The translations under genes and the position numbers were made by a program. From Catajapyx aquilonaris (lineage: Eukaryota): a DNA stretch of 64,000 nt. Shown in pieces: positions 51,401 through 64,000 of the stretch. The notes beneath the pieces were generated by a model, which ran no database searches, was not told where the DNA came from, and saw nothing but the letters and a program-made list of their open reading frames with translations. The stretch spans positions 1-64,000 of the forward strand of contig KZ538249.1 of the NCBI GenBank assembly GCA_000934665.2, in the 5' to 3' direction. The first letter of the stretch is position 1, and the number at the start of each line of letters is the position of its first letter.

Positions 51401-54400
51401 TGTTGGATTTCAAAGGTGCGAATTTTGGTGGGAAAGCAAAATTTTCATATTGGGTGTGTCAAACGGGGTGAGATTGTGTCAGGGTATCCTGGGAGTCAGG
51501 CTTCCCTGCGAACAACCCTGCCTGGCTGTTTGCCCTCGAGAGTCAGGATACAAGAAGGCTACACTCTTAACCATTTACCTTCTCTAGAGAGGGTAAGAAA
51601 GTGGCCATTTTTTACCCTTTTTTACCCTTTATTTTCTAAGGTAATACATGCAAAATTTACCTTATAATCAATTTACCCAAGAATATTTACCCTACAATGT
51701 AAGGTAAAAAATGGCCACTTTCTTACCCTCTCTAGAGAAGGTAAATGGTTAAGAGTGTACCTGTTATGGTATAGAAGGCCTTTGTTATTGTTATAAAGCG
51801 GTATAGGTTCCGGGTTAATTTTCCTCCGGTGGGGCTAGGGATTGTGTGTCATTACATGTTATTGAAGGTATAACTTACCTCGGTGTATGAAAACGGAACC
51901 CGTCTCATTACACAGGATCATCCGCTTCCACGGAACAGGTGTTAATGAACCCATGGTTATGCGATCATTGGCCGGACTCTAATTAAAACGCAAGTGTACC
52001 GCAGGTTGGGACTTTGTTTGACTATGCCACAAATTCGGAAATGCCTAGACGCATTTTGGGGGTACAGAACCACTAGCTATTAATAACCAACGTTTATTAC
52101 GATTGTTATTGTGACTAGTAATGACAACAATTGGGGCGTCATTTGGTGAGAACACTCGATATGTTTCCAACTTAATTTTTACACGCCTTTTGGGGATAAA
52201 ATTTATCTCTGAAAATTTCTGTGCGTCCAGCGCCAGGGAAATATTTCAGCAGAAAATCCGAGCCCCCCAAAATTAGAACCCGCATTATCTTTCGCTGGAG
52301 GACAATACGTTGCAGCGCACTGCATAACTGTCAAAAGACCCCCTAATGCATCGCACTAATTTGCTCGCCGACTTTCCAGCCCAGGTTTTCAAGAGCCATT
52401 GAATATGCGTGTGCCATAGGGGCATTAGTCACGTAAACAAACGCTTGCTAAACAGTCCTAAAAAAAATGAGGGGGTAGCATCATACTGTGCGGATATAAT
52501 CCAGTACTTTTTTTCCCCCCCTCACTTCCCTGGAGCGCAAAATTCTTTTCCACATACATTTCCACCCCTTGCCCCATATCGGTACTCACCATAATAAATT
52601 TATGGGAGCCGCACGGAGGCTCAGATGCACTCTGTCAACTGCAGGAAGCAGCCCTCAGGACTGGAAAATAATAATAGTAATAACAACAACCTGGCGCCAC
52701 CTTTTTTTTTTTGGGGGGGGGGGNNNNNGGGGGGGGGGGGAGGTTACATATGGTATACCATATGTAATCTCCCCAAAAAATAAGGTGGCGCCATATTTTA
52801 AAATCCACCTGATTTTTTGGGGAGGAAATTACATATGGTATACCATATCCCCTCCAAAAATTAAAGTAAATATTTTAAAAAGTGAGGGCCATATTTTAAA
52901 ATGGCGACCTCCTATTACAAGGGTTATCAGCTGATCGATCGGGGTAAACCCGGCTCCAAATTACAATTCCTGGAACTCAGCATCAATACCAATTATTATG
53001 ATTCATAGGGCCATTACCCAAATTACGTAACCACCTTTCCCCCCTCCGGAGCCTTAACTTTTTGGGACGGAAATTATTGGAGGTATCACACGCGGAATGA
53101 AACCACCCCCCCTCTCTTTTATGGGGAAGTATCAGGAGTGAGAGCATATCAGGATCGGCCGATCGGCATTAATCCCCATTTGCATTGCAGATGGACGGCT
53201 TCCTGGTAATGGGCCTGGGTCAGTAATTTATACATACCCTATTTTTTTATAAATTTTTGCTGGAAAAAATGATGGATTAGTATAGGGATGTACATCTGAG
53301 TAATGAATGGTGGCGTATCTCGTTAACTTCTTTTTATTGGCTTTTCATTATCATTTAGATACCTTCTTCAGGTCCGGGTGGAAATGGGCTTCCGATGAGG
53401 CTACGGTTCAGGAATTGGACCTAACCCCCCTGAGGGGGCGGGGGGTTTGAAGCATGGGATTGCATGTTGATTTAATACCGAATTTCCTGGAGGCTGGACA
53501 CCCAAAAAAATGGGGAGGAAATGAGGGGGGGGGGGGTTAGTCAGCCGTAAAAATAGTGTATGACCGGGGGTTTGGCGTGAATTAAAGGAGATGGGTATAT
53601 GGCCGACGTATCAGGGCTTTTAGGCAATCCATAGCTCGGGTTGTCAATTAAGGTTATATGTCCACGGACATCGCACTCACTTTTTCTGACTGTAAGTGAC
53701 ATGGTAACGATGCCCTCGGGAACGAAGGTGGCATGTTTGGACGGGGCTCACTCCAGCGATGTGATTTATTGCTGGGCATTAAAAAATTACACTTTAAATT
53801 CGGGTCGGAACATGTGTGGGGACAGTGTTAGGTGTGTGTCGCGTGGTACATGTGACGAGTGGTACGGTAATTTATGTTGGGGGGATGAGGTATTGCAGTT
53901 TTGCGAGGGTGTACTTGCACCGATTGCATGAAGAATATGCAGTGCTGCTGCTAATAGGTAGGGTTGCATGCGTAAACACGAGTTGTTCAAAGGGCTGTCA
54001 ATTAATTAAATTAATTAATCAGTTAATTGATATTGCGTTTTGAACCCGATGCTATCTTTACTGCAGTATATAGACTTACTAAATCAGTGTGATCATTAAA
54101 ATGCAGCGTAATGATGGGCGTTAATACTTATGCGAAAAATTGTGTATGATTTTATTAGCTTCTGAATTGTACGAACAACATGCCCTGCTCTTCCTCCTAT
54201 CATGTCCCCAAATCGCTCTGCAAGCAAACTACTGCGCATGCTCAGAAAATCCTAGTGTGACGTCAGATCGTTCTTTGGTTTACAGGACTGTTTTTTTTTT
54301 GTTTAAAAATTAAGGAATTTGCTGCTGTCAATGACATCACCAAGTTGTATGAACACAATTTTAAGAGAAAAATCTCTGATTATGCAAACCCTGTGTGTTG

Positions 54401-55652
54401 TAGGTTTTATACTCATCAAAACTTTATGACCCATCAGCACATCTTGATACTCGGTATAATACCCAGGATTTACCAACACCACATCCAGTTTAATCTAAAG
54501 TGGACCATTTGAGAGTTGCATTTGCTCAACCTGTAGGGCTCTAAAAGTCACTGAAAACCCTGCACACCTTTGCGGCCTGAACGTCAGGAGGGAGGGGTTT
54601 GTTGATAATTCATTATGTGATTAAGAGGTTTTTACTGCATTTCATGAGTGGCTAAAAGTCGAACAAACACAAACCTTTCTGGGAAATCTTTTTCTGGGGG
54701 AATTGGGTAGGGGAGGGATGCATTAGCGTTTTGGTGGACATTGCATCGCTCTTGATGGGTGGTACGGAGGCGGAAAGGCCACGGAGATGGCAATGTTTTT
54801 TTTCCCCCCCGGATTTATATAGATGTACTAAAAGGGACGCTTGTGTAGGCCATAATACGAACTGGCCCTGGTAAATCGTTTTTTGGATTAGTTGGGTACA
54901 CGCGGTATCAAAGAGGGACATTTTTGAACCTGGGATTGGGTGGCCAGAAGGGGTCATTGCTGTCATTCTGGGATGGTTGCGACAAAAGTAATGATGTGTA
55001 TACTGGTCCTGTGGACAAATCACATTTTCAAGGTTTTTTTTCCCCGGTACTAATTATGTGTGGGGCCTGATGCATTCATTAGGGGAGTGTCATTCCTGTT
55101 GTCAGAATATGAGTAGCCTACAGTGCAGCCTGTACTAGTAATGAGCTTTACGGATGGTGTTTACGAATAAAGGATGCTGTCTAAGGTACTGGGTTTGATC
55201 TTCGAATCACTAGCAGTTTTGTCCGCAGCAAAACATGGTGTGTAAATTAGGGCATACCATAATAATCAACAAGTACTTACTTCCCCTCATGTACTTTCCG
55301 CCCTGAACACACCCACAATTCCCTTAATTGAACCGAGTAAGCCCTTATTTTGCCTCCGAATTTGGAAAACAAGACCCTGTTGTAATATCTCCCGATGCAG
55401 CCAAGAACCAGATTTGAACTGCCTAGGCCTGTTTGTGCCTCCTGAAGAGCCTCAGGTGCACTGTGGTCTAGTATCATGTTTCTGGAAGAGCTTACCCTAG
55501 AGTGGCATATGACGTGCAACCCCCTTTTCCTCCTGCAGGGCGGTGACGTGGTTCAGGAAGCTATAACTGCTAACGTGACGGCCGACACCGTCGTCGTGGA
55601 GTTTCAGCGCTCTGACGGCACCCTCATCACCCAGCTCATCGACTTTAAAAAT
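42483..55652 (+). CDS. oaf: Out at first protein, partial: coding exons 42483-42581 and 55539-55652; remainder presumably beyond the window
   Basis: Signal peptide followed by QLVINVKNQ|GGDVVQEAITANVTADTVVVEFQRSDGTLITQLIDFKN, the OAF N-terminus, across a ~13 kb phase-0 GT-AG intron. Confidence 0.9.
46813..46889. repeat. Short imperfect hairpin
   Basis: ggtggtattttgtgctcaacaaataccctctaca pairs with tgtagatggtatttgttgatcgcataataccacc. Confidence 0.6.
49650..49880 (+). mobile_element. Possible decayed LINE ORF2 3' fragment (Rex/Babar- or L2-like)
   Basis: ..YRCSYGWFGNRLISMEKLDRIVRDADRSLG loosely resembles the post-RT motif (..VWYGN....K.LQRVV..A..IIG). Short and degenerate. Confidence 0.3.
51560..51759. 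mobile_element. MITE with long terminal inverted repeats, flanked by TA
   Basis: ta|cactcttaaccatttaccttctctagagagggtaagaaagtggccattttttacc pairs perfectly with ggtaaaaaatggccactttcttaccctctctagagaaggtaaatggttaagagtg|ta. Confidence 0.85.
52692..52910. repeat. Duplicated palindromic unit centred on catatggtataccatat(g), spanning an N gap
   Basis: tggcgccacc..ttacatatggtataccatatgtaa..ggtggcgcca, with a second partial copy at ~52810-52860. Confidence 0.6.
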
Positions 55653-57647
55653 GTAAGTTGGTTTTCGCCCCCTCTTGTGTCGCATTTGCGTTGACGTGAC
55701 GCAAGGGTCACGCAATATATATATTTTTTTCCATGGGTATAAATGGAGCTGTTTTCCGTCGCAAAAATTGCCGGAAAGGAGCCAAAAGAGCCTGATTAAC
55801 GTCCATTGGAGAGACTGCAGTAATAAGGACGTTATATTCGTGAGGGACTTGATTTAGGCGGTTGATGAAGGAGGATATGGCCATGCGATGAGTTTTTTTT
55901 TCTGGAAAGGTCTAAGGTCGGTTTGCACGTGTGGGCTTTGCGTTACTGTAGGCCGGCATGTCGGTTCCGGTTACTTTGTTTAAAAAAAGTATAGGTCGGT
56001 ATTGCTATTTTGGGGGTTGCTGTATATTTTATCTGTTATGAAGTACTTGTCACCCTATCCCAAAGGAGTAGCGCCCTTGCAAAGTGTAAATAATTATGCA
56101 GTGGGTTGGCACATGCAATTTATAATGGAGGCACTGTTGCCACAGTTACATTGCTAATATGTTGTTACAGTATACGTCATTGTGTTACTAGCCCACAATA
56201 CTACTTTCCGTGGGTCATTTGCAATGCAAAAATTGTATCACCTTCTATGAGAATTTAACGTCTTGACCAGAGGTTATTTCTCCAACCGGCCGGTGTGTAA
56301 CTTCCGCCATTGTTAATTATACTCGTACCTTTCCAAAAACATTTGATTGGTTCACGGACGTTTAATTTAGATTTCACCTCCAGCTTACGTTTTTTTTTCT
56401 CTCAAAAGGTTCTGCTATTCGTATAATCAATGTTGTATCCGTGTCCAATCAGTGGCTGGCATACTGGCTCAGGTAACCAAAGCAGTGGATTAACTATTCT
56501 TTCCCGTTGTTTCCTTGTTCTGAAGCTGCATAATCTGGATTTCTAAAACAAACTCCAGCCCGTGGAATCAGTTCGCAAAGGGATGAGAAGTTTCGCAGAA
56601 AACTCGCATAAATGAAGAGCTGATATAGCCTAATGCAGAACGTTCCAATCGGGAAACTAGGAAAAGCAGGTATTAAGCAAGGTGTATTGTTAGGCTGGTT
56701 TTAACGGGTGAAACTGTCATTTTCTGTCATGTAGTTGTAGTGACTAGGACCACCCTGCATACATGCCCTAGTAGTAGCGGCAGTATCAAGTTCTTTGAAT
56801 TACAGGTGTCATGTAACATGTACATTATTTTGTACGAACTGTCATGGCGCATTTTCGCGAACCGATAAATTTTCCGCCTTAGCGTGTCTCTCAATTTGAC
56901 GGCCCTTTTGCCTCCCGAGTTGTGTTGATGGTGACCCAGAGCACAATTTGTTATGGAATCCAGTGTGGGGAATACTTAGAGTGCAATTACGCGATAAGGA
57001 TTGGGGGTGTTTGAGCCTCAGCTGAGGTTTAAGGAAATTTGCAATAAGGTTGGTTGGGCGGAACTCGGGCAGTTTCGGATTCATTCTACTGTAGTGGTGG
57101 AGCCTTTCCGGCCGGATTGCTCCTTTCAAGTCGAGACCTGAAGCCGCTGACTCCTTCCTCTAATTTCCCCAGTCGACAGAGAGCCTTGGTCCATGTGCAA
57201 GGCATAAGTAATTACTCCTTCCCTCCAGCCTTTGTTGTCAAGGAGTTGTCTACTCAAAATAGTGAGACTCACAACCGGAATATTCTCATGGCGCCTATAA
57301 GTTACGAGGTAGTACCTCGATAGAAGTTACGACTGTTGATGGGAAAGGTCCAGGGAGGTTCTGGCAACGAGCCAAAAAGCGAACACAGTGTGAGGGTTGA
57401 CCTCAGGTCATCCCTCCTGACCCAGCAAGTTCACTCAGGGGTCGTGGTCCAATAATACACAGCTTCGGGACAACACATTTATTGCGACCAGGCCGTTTCA
57501 CGACTCGCCTCTACAAAAGAGCCCTCCCAATATATGTCCATCAGGACACTTTCCTGCTATCTGGTGACGGGCGCGATTTTGCACAAATCGCCTACCACCT
57601 CATATGAAGAGGAACATTGAAAAATCTATATTATTACTGTCACTGAA

Positions 57648-57716
57648 GCAGGTTGGTGTGGTGGTTAAGCAGTCCGAGTGCTAATCGGGAGGCCCTGGGT
57701 TCGATTCCCGGGGCCA
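57648..57716 (+). mobile_element. tRNA-derived SINE head (truncated)
   Basis: Pol III A-box-like tggtgtggtggtt, B-box ggttcgattccc and an anticodon-like arm tccga-gtgctaa-tcggg. No acceptor-stem closure; a related copy is at 60261. Confidence 0.65.
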
Positions 57717-60260
57717 AAAACCCCCCTTTTTAAAAAGCCTGCTCCACGGAATTCCCATTTTCGCCGCTCGGCGCTCAGGGCGCCACCTCCTGGCTGGTAG
57801 CGACGCGATTTGCACTTTACCTCTTTGCCGTCGGATGTCGCTCCTCTCCCTCCCGCTCTCTGCTGCATTTACCACACTGACCACTTTTACTTTTGCCAAA
57901 TTTTGGCAACTGGATCCTAGTTGTGTATTTAGTGAACAGTAATTTGTGGCATGTACGTCTCGGTTTAAGTACTTTGTGATAAATGCGTATGGGTAGGCTG
58001 TTTTCACCTGTATTATGTGACTCCAGTATTGCGCTGCCGGGTACTAAACCGTTGTAATGTGGGATGATATGGTTACATCGAATCCGATACGCGTTAGATA
58101 CAGCCAGATAAATTACTCGTTCCATCAGTCGACAGTTTGTTGCTTCATTGAATTGCTGTGTTCGTACAGTACTAACTAAGCGACACATGTTTTGCCATCT
58201 AACTGTATCGTGCTGAATTCCAATGTATCGCAATGTATATCGATATTTTTTATCGCATAATCTGGAGAACTAGCGCACCCGTAGCCAAATTTTGGCAAGG
58301 TCTGATGATTTAGTGCCGTGATCAGAAGGTGGCAGCACTCACCAGGGGCCCTTCCATCTATCCGCCGCGATCAGCAGGTGGCAGCATTCACCAGGGACCG
58401 TTCTCCTTCCGGAGCGTTCCAGAGGCGAAAAAATAAGGCTATTATTATAGGGGGAATACTTTTGCCGGATCATGAGGAGGAATATAATGTCATTCTTATA
58501 ATTGGCACACTTAATAAAAAATGGTTGATGCATAGTGCGCCCGCGGGTGTACGCTAAGTAATAATGCGATAATTAAATAGCGTGAGTAGGTTCATAAACC
58601 GCACTGCACATTTAAAAAAGTAATATTCCGGGTGCGCACTTTGTGAATGCGCCTCAGGAAAAAAGAAAGCTGGAGACTTTGGCATAAACGTTGAGCCGGC
58701 GCAAATTCCTTTGAGCACTAAGCGCCACATTTTACCCTGGAATTTGAAATACCCAGGCTGAAATCCATTAAGGAAATGGAAGTGAAAATATCACCTGTGG
58801 AATATAAGGCAAGGAGTTGCCCTGGGGCATTTTAGAGAGGGGGAGGGGGGAGTTACTAATATTCCTCTCATTTCCCCCTCTAGAGAGTCTTTGTGCTCTT
58901 CCCAGTTTCCTAGGGTTAGTAATTTGGCTCTCTTTGACCATAATTTGTTGGTATTTCGGATTCAGTAGCAACTCCTCGACTTTCTGATTTCTATAGGAGG
59001 AAAGTTGTAAGTTGTACTTGTAGAAGTGACGGAGGTATTCGAAGCTTTTCAAGCCTCTTCATTCCTGCATTCCTTCCTCCTTCTATGGGATAATAAGGTG
59101 GTTTTGCGACTTGAGTGTCATCACATTGCATGTTCTAAGAGTCTTTGACTTTGGGGAGAGGAAGGGGGGTGTCTCGAAAGTCTTCACTCTCGAAAGTTGG
59201 CGCATCTTCTCCTCTAAGTTTTTGCATCGATTCCAACGTGAAATTATCTCGTTTCGCAAATGGAATTTCCCCAACTTGTTCTGTTGGGAGAGTCCCCCCT
59301 CCGAATTTTCGACTTCCAATAATGGGACAGGGGCAGGTTGGGAAATTCCTAGGAATTCGGTTCGATTTTTTCTTCTTCTTCTTCGCTTTTCAGGTTGGCT
59401 CGAGCAGGCAGGGGGCTGATAAAGTATCATCTGGGAATTGCCTCATAGTGTCGTTAACTTACCGGCATGGACCAAAAATGGCTGCCCGAAACTTGACACC
59501 ATGGGTCCACGTGACCGGATGTGATTAAACCGACGATAGTGGTGAACGATGGGATCAGAACGTGTCGTAGGCGACCGGATTGCACAACAAGCATCCATCA
59601 GCGCGTGGAAATGAGAATCGGTGTGAAAAGATGGCGGGGGATTGGACGCTGGGCCGGAAAATAAGAGGAAGGGGGGGGGGGGGTCCTGCCCCGAGTTGAG
59701 GGCGGCATGCCTTTCCAGAGGTGACAGCTTCCTCGTTCATCACCCCCCCTCCCTTCCTCCCCCGAATTACTACCCCTTTCGCACCCCACCCCTGCTGCCT
59801 CTTCTATGCCTTGCTGGCTACCAGTCCACTCCTCAAGATTAATGGGATTCCCTGCGACGCAATTTGGTCTCGCACACCCATCGCCCCACTGACTTATTGC
59901 TCCTCCTTGCTTACTACTTGCAAACAGACATCAAAGAGGACGGGAAGGAAGCTTCTGAGATGGGTTGCCCGCTAGGTGTCGGGGCCCACCGCGGTGCCTC
60001 CTTTGTGCAGGCGAGGAAAGGGGGCGCTTTCACCTCCAGATGACACTTGATCACCTGGAATCACTGTGAATTTGCCTGGGTTTGCAGTTGTGTACATGAC
60101 GATTGCGACGCCGGCAGTGGTTTAGGGCAAGATGTCTAAGGACATAAGCCTTCAGAGTGATACGTCCGGTCGATGTTATGGAACAATGTGTCAACCCACA
60201 AAAATGTCAAAATTGTGGAACATATACCCAAAGGATTTTGCTTCAATCAGTTAACCCGAA

Positions 60261-60430
60261 GCAAGTTGTTGTAGCGGTTAAGGAGTCCGACTGCTAATTG
60301 GGAGGTCCTGGGTTCGATTCCCGGGGCGATCCTGACCGTGGTGTTCTGTGGTTTTCCATGGTCCCCCCAGGATAATTCCGGAGTCGCTCCGTTCAATAGG
60401 CCACGGCCGCTTCCTTCCTTCCCTATCTTT
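60261..60430 (+). mobile_element. tRNA-derived SINE with body
   Basis: Same tRNA-like head (gtagcggttaaggagtccgactgctaattgggaggtcctgggttcgattcccgg), followed by the body gtggttttccatg...aggccacggccgcttccttccttccctatc. Confidence 0.75.
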
Positions 60431-63400
60431 GGCCTCATCCATGTGTGAGGAAGATTTTCAGAAAGATTGAGGTAAAATGGTGGTATTCCACCCCACTAAT
60501 GGAGCGCCGATTCTCCCAATGGAGCAATATAAAAATTATTTAAAGAAAACTTCATTTAGTTAAAATCATGGCGAAATACGCATACTTCTGCTATAAATGA
60601 CCGAAAAGGACGCTGCCCTTTTTCTCAAAACTGTTCTCATGTGGGTTGACTCATTATTGCATAGCACCGTCCAATTGGCATTAAATAAATATGAGACGTG
60701 TACCATCCAGTAGTTGTTGGATAGTTGGAAGTCTTGCTACTAGATGGCGTGCATGCATGAGGCGGACCTGGCAGCCCCAGATGAGGCTATAATGAACATG
60801 TCTGCAACCCTTGTCTTCTTGGACCACTGCCACTATACCCTGAGTGACTCTTCTAGGTCAGTGGTCAGATTTTGACCACAATGGGCAACGGAATTCATGC
60901 TGTTTTAGAATGTTTCTGGCACATTTTGCTCTAAAATGCCGGCAGTTATATCTACCTTCGAGCTATGAGAGCATGTTAAAAGCGATACAGGACCCTCCGG
61001 TTCCTGCTGGAAATGGAACAGAGTTTGGGCCAAGGATTTCTGGTGAGCTGGAGCCGCTAGCAGGGCGGTGTTGATTTTGCGGTGATGAGTTGGAATCGGG
61101 CCTGACGCTGTAACGCTGATTCTAGGAAGTGTTTGCTGGTTCGGGAATGAAGACTCGCTTCAAGCACATGCAATGAAAAGAAGCGGAGAATTCGGAAAGT
61201 CAATTCTGCGCCTGACTGGGTTTTGAAAGTTTGAATGATCCATTCTCGTCCAGCCCACCCTTTTTTTTTGGGGGGGGGGGGGGGGGTGGAAACTTCTGGC
61301 AAACAAGAGGAAAAGAAGAGGTTTTTAATGATGGTTACAGTGAATGTCAGGGACAACATTGTATACGAAACTCCGTAAGCCATGCCAGCAGAATTTTATG
61401 AACTTGGTTATTGAGTGCCAACGTTGACTGAATTTGTCTAGCTTGCTAATTACCTGCATGTCAAGCAGCGTAACAAAACCCAAACCTGTGCATTACGCGG
61501 TTCACGGCCGGCATTTATGAACTATGTTTATGGGGCGATATCATGTCTTTAGAGGGTTTCCGACAAAGGACGGCGATAGTTAATTGAAATTGCTATGGCT
61601 AAACCACCACCTATTAGCAAATGGACACAAAGTTACCGAACGTGTGAGGAAGATAACGGCCGTTTATGGTCGTTGAGCGAATTTTTCGTTGAAAAACCTT
61701 TTTGAGCTATATAGATAGGGATCTTTATGGGTGATCAATAGAAAGATAGTGGGCGGGAAAAGGGTCCACGGTTCATGCTCTATGGAGCATATTGAGCCAT
61801 CACTTATCTGCGCAGGAGGAAACTAATCTTCAGAAATGTGGCTGTCGGGACGGAGAGAATCGCGTGTTCATTTTCTTGTCATGTGACGGGCCCTAGGGGC
61901 ATGATTATTACTTGTAAGGAGATGAGAAAAGGGGGGGACCCATGGCTGCGAGACTCGGCCCCCTAATGGGGCAACTGAGGCCATTGGCGCCACCGCAGGC
62001 AGTGATTCACATTTGCATATATTGAAATATTAGGGGAGGACCATGCCATTTTAGGAGGTCGCCAAATCAGACGAGGAAATTGCACCGGGGCGTATAGCTA
62101 CCGGATGAACATATTGCCCACTGTCCCATTTTTGTCGGGTTGGTCGGAGGTGGGGCACACCAAAAGAGTCGTTCTACAATACCCGGAAATTAGGTGTGAA
62201 AACAGCTAACGTTTTAAAAAAAGGCATATTTTTTCTGGTAATCGGTCAGTGACAGGACAGCCCTTGTGTTCGTGCGACGCTCACATTAGTTACCGTCTCC
62301 TAATGTGACAATGACACGTACGAGGTCCTTTTGTACGACTGGGAGCACATGTCGGAAGTTGTCAGGTCGGGAAAGAATCCGGGATTAAATTGGCTTTGTG
62401 TTGCAGGTACTGTGAAACCTGGAGTCACGCCTATAGTACAAGCAGGGTCGTGTGCTATGCCTGGGTTTATAAATTTCTGGCGGTGTTAGGAGAAATTCCG
62501 GTGTTATTTATTAACTCGGGTGAATTAGGCGGGCACTTTTAAGCAATCTGTTTTATGGAGTGAGAGAGCACGGAATATTTTTGGAACCGAGCGTGATAGC
62601 TGGTGTTATAAAATTATAAAGTGACATTGATCATTTACCGATATCCTAGCACGTATCAGGTCGGAGCCCAGATGTATTACTAATGTAGCTAATTTGCCTA
62701 CCGAGATGCTCTATAAATTTTTAAAGTGGAAGTAGCTGCTAATAATACATAGTGAGGAAGCGACACTGTTTGTGAAAATTTAAGTGTGAAATATGCAGTT
62801 TTTATTTATCTAATTTGAACTAATTTTTAAAATTTCATGCATTATTCTATCATGCTGGTGCATGCAGGATTAAGCAGATACATGTTTGATGCTACCCTGA
62901 AATTTTAAAGTAATGTTTGTAGGGCATATCATATTTGCAACTGTTTTTTTGCACACTTTCAGGGTGGCTAGGGTCAATACCTCGAGCCACACACACACAA
63001 AAAAACGAAAGAATTACAGTCGGATTTTCGTAATTTCAAAATCGATAAAAACACCGGAGTTTTCCAATTTGCAACAGATATTATTAACAACAACTTCCGC
63101 TACTATGGCAAAACCCATGGACACCTTCCTTACAAATTGATATCGACTCATAAGCCCCGCACAACTTTTTTTGAAACTCGGTCGTTTCCAGCATATGCGA
63201 CCTTTCCGCTTACTAGCTGATGGGTAATCGCCTCTTTTTGAAGGGGGGAAAAAAACTCAAAAAAATCTATGGATTATTTACTACAGAGATGACGGCCGGA
63301 AACCTCCCGAAATTCAGCCCCATGTATAATTCAGGGCAATGATAGACAGTGAGTGGGATCCGACTCGGTCAGCACCATCCATTTTTCAAAGTACTGAACC

Positions 63401-64000
63401 GGTTCTTTCACAGGATTACGTGTTTAATTCACACCCGTAAAATATTAACACTTGCGTCGAGTTGGAAAATGGAAAGCGTGGGAAGTACCGTCGGTTGGAA
63501 AAAATTTGAAAAAAAGGAAGAAAAGTGGTTCTTTTTTATATAAAAAAAACCCCCCGCATTTTCTTTGTTCATGTAGGCGGACAAAAGGATTTGGATAAAA
63601 ATCAAGGTGTGAAAAGTTATTTCGAGAAGGAGGTGAATTTTTTCCGTTTCTTCCACTTTTTTTTCCACTAAAATTCGAATAAGTGGGGAAAAAAGCGCGT
63701 CGATGGAAATCAAACAGGGAGGCCCCTCTGCCTGAAGTCATCCAACGAGAAAATTCATGTCGCACCAATTACGTTCCCTTTTCGCTTTTTCTGTGTACTC
63801 AAAGGACCAGATTTTTTTGTGTGGGGAAAAAAAACAGGAGCCTAGATGTTACAATGGAAGTTTGTCGAGATGGGATTTTTGAAACTGTATATACAGCGTA
63901 TATTGAACTTGTGTCCTGATTTTTAAGAAAACTGCAGGATGGCAAAATATTGGAGAGATTGAAGAATGTGGCATGAGAGCCCCGGGGCCAACCCAAAGAA

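Noticed and set aside
57648..57716. tRNA-Ser(GCT) or tRNA-Sec gene
   Set aside because: There is no acceptor-stem pairing or long variable arm, the anticodon is not TCA, and a second diverged copy carries a SINE body.

Overview
Eukaryotic genomic DNA, most likely from an arthropod (Rsf1-type RRM gene, out-at-first, short 50-100 nt GT-AG introns, tRNA-headed SINEs, many small hairpin/MITE insertions). The first ~42 kb is a compact cluster of spliced genes: zw10 (+), Rsf1-like RRM/RGG splicing regulator (-), divergent LRRC9-like (+), KIF-binding protein (-), APC2 (-), GMF (+), cornichon (-) and SEM1/DSS1 (+). Next come two tandem copies of a thioredoxin-fold gene that the ORF track splits. Both copies carry two in-frame TGA codons in a U-L-P-U redox motif and a SECIS hairpin in the 3' UTR, so they read as two apparently intact Selenoprotein L (diselenide UxxU) paralogues. 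This is the main finding. The last ~21 kb holds the first two coding exons and the large introns of out-at-first (oaf), which runs off the window. All gene models were assembled by eye from splice signals and remembered family motifs; no searches were run.
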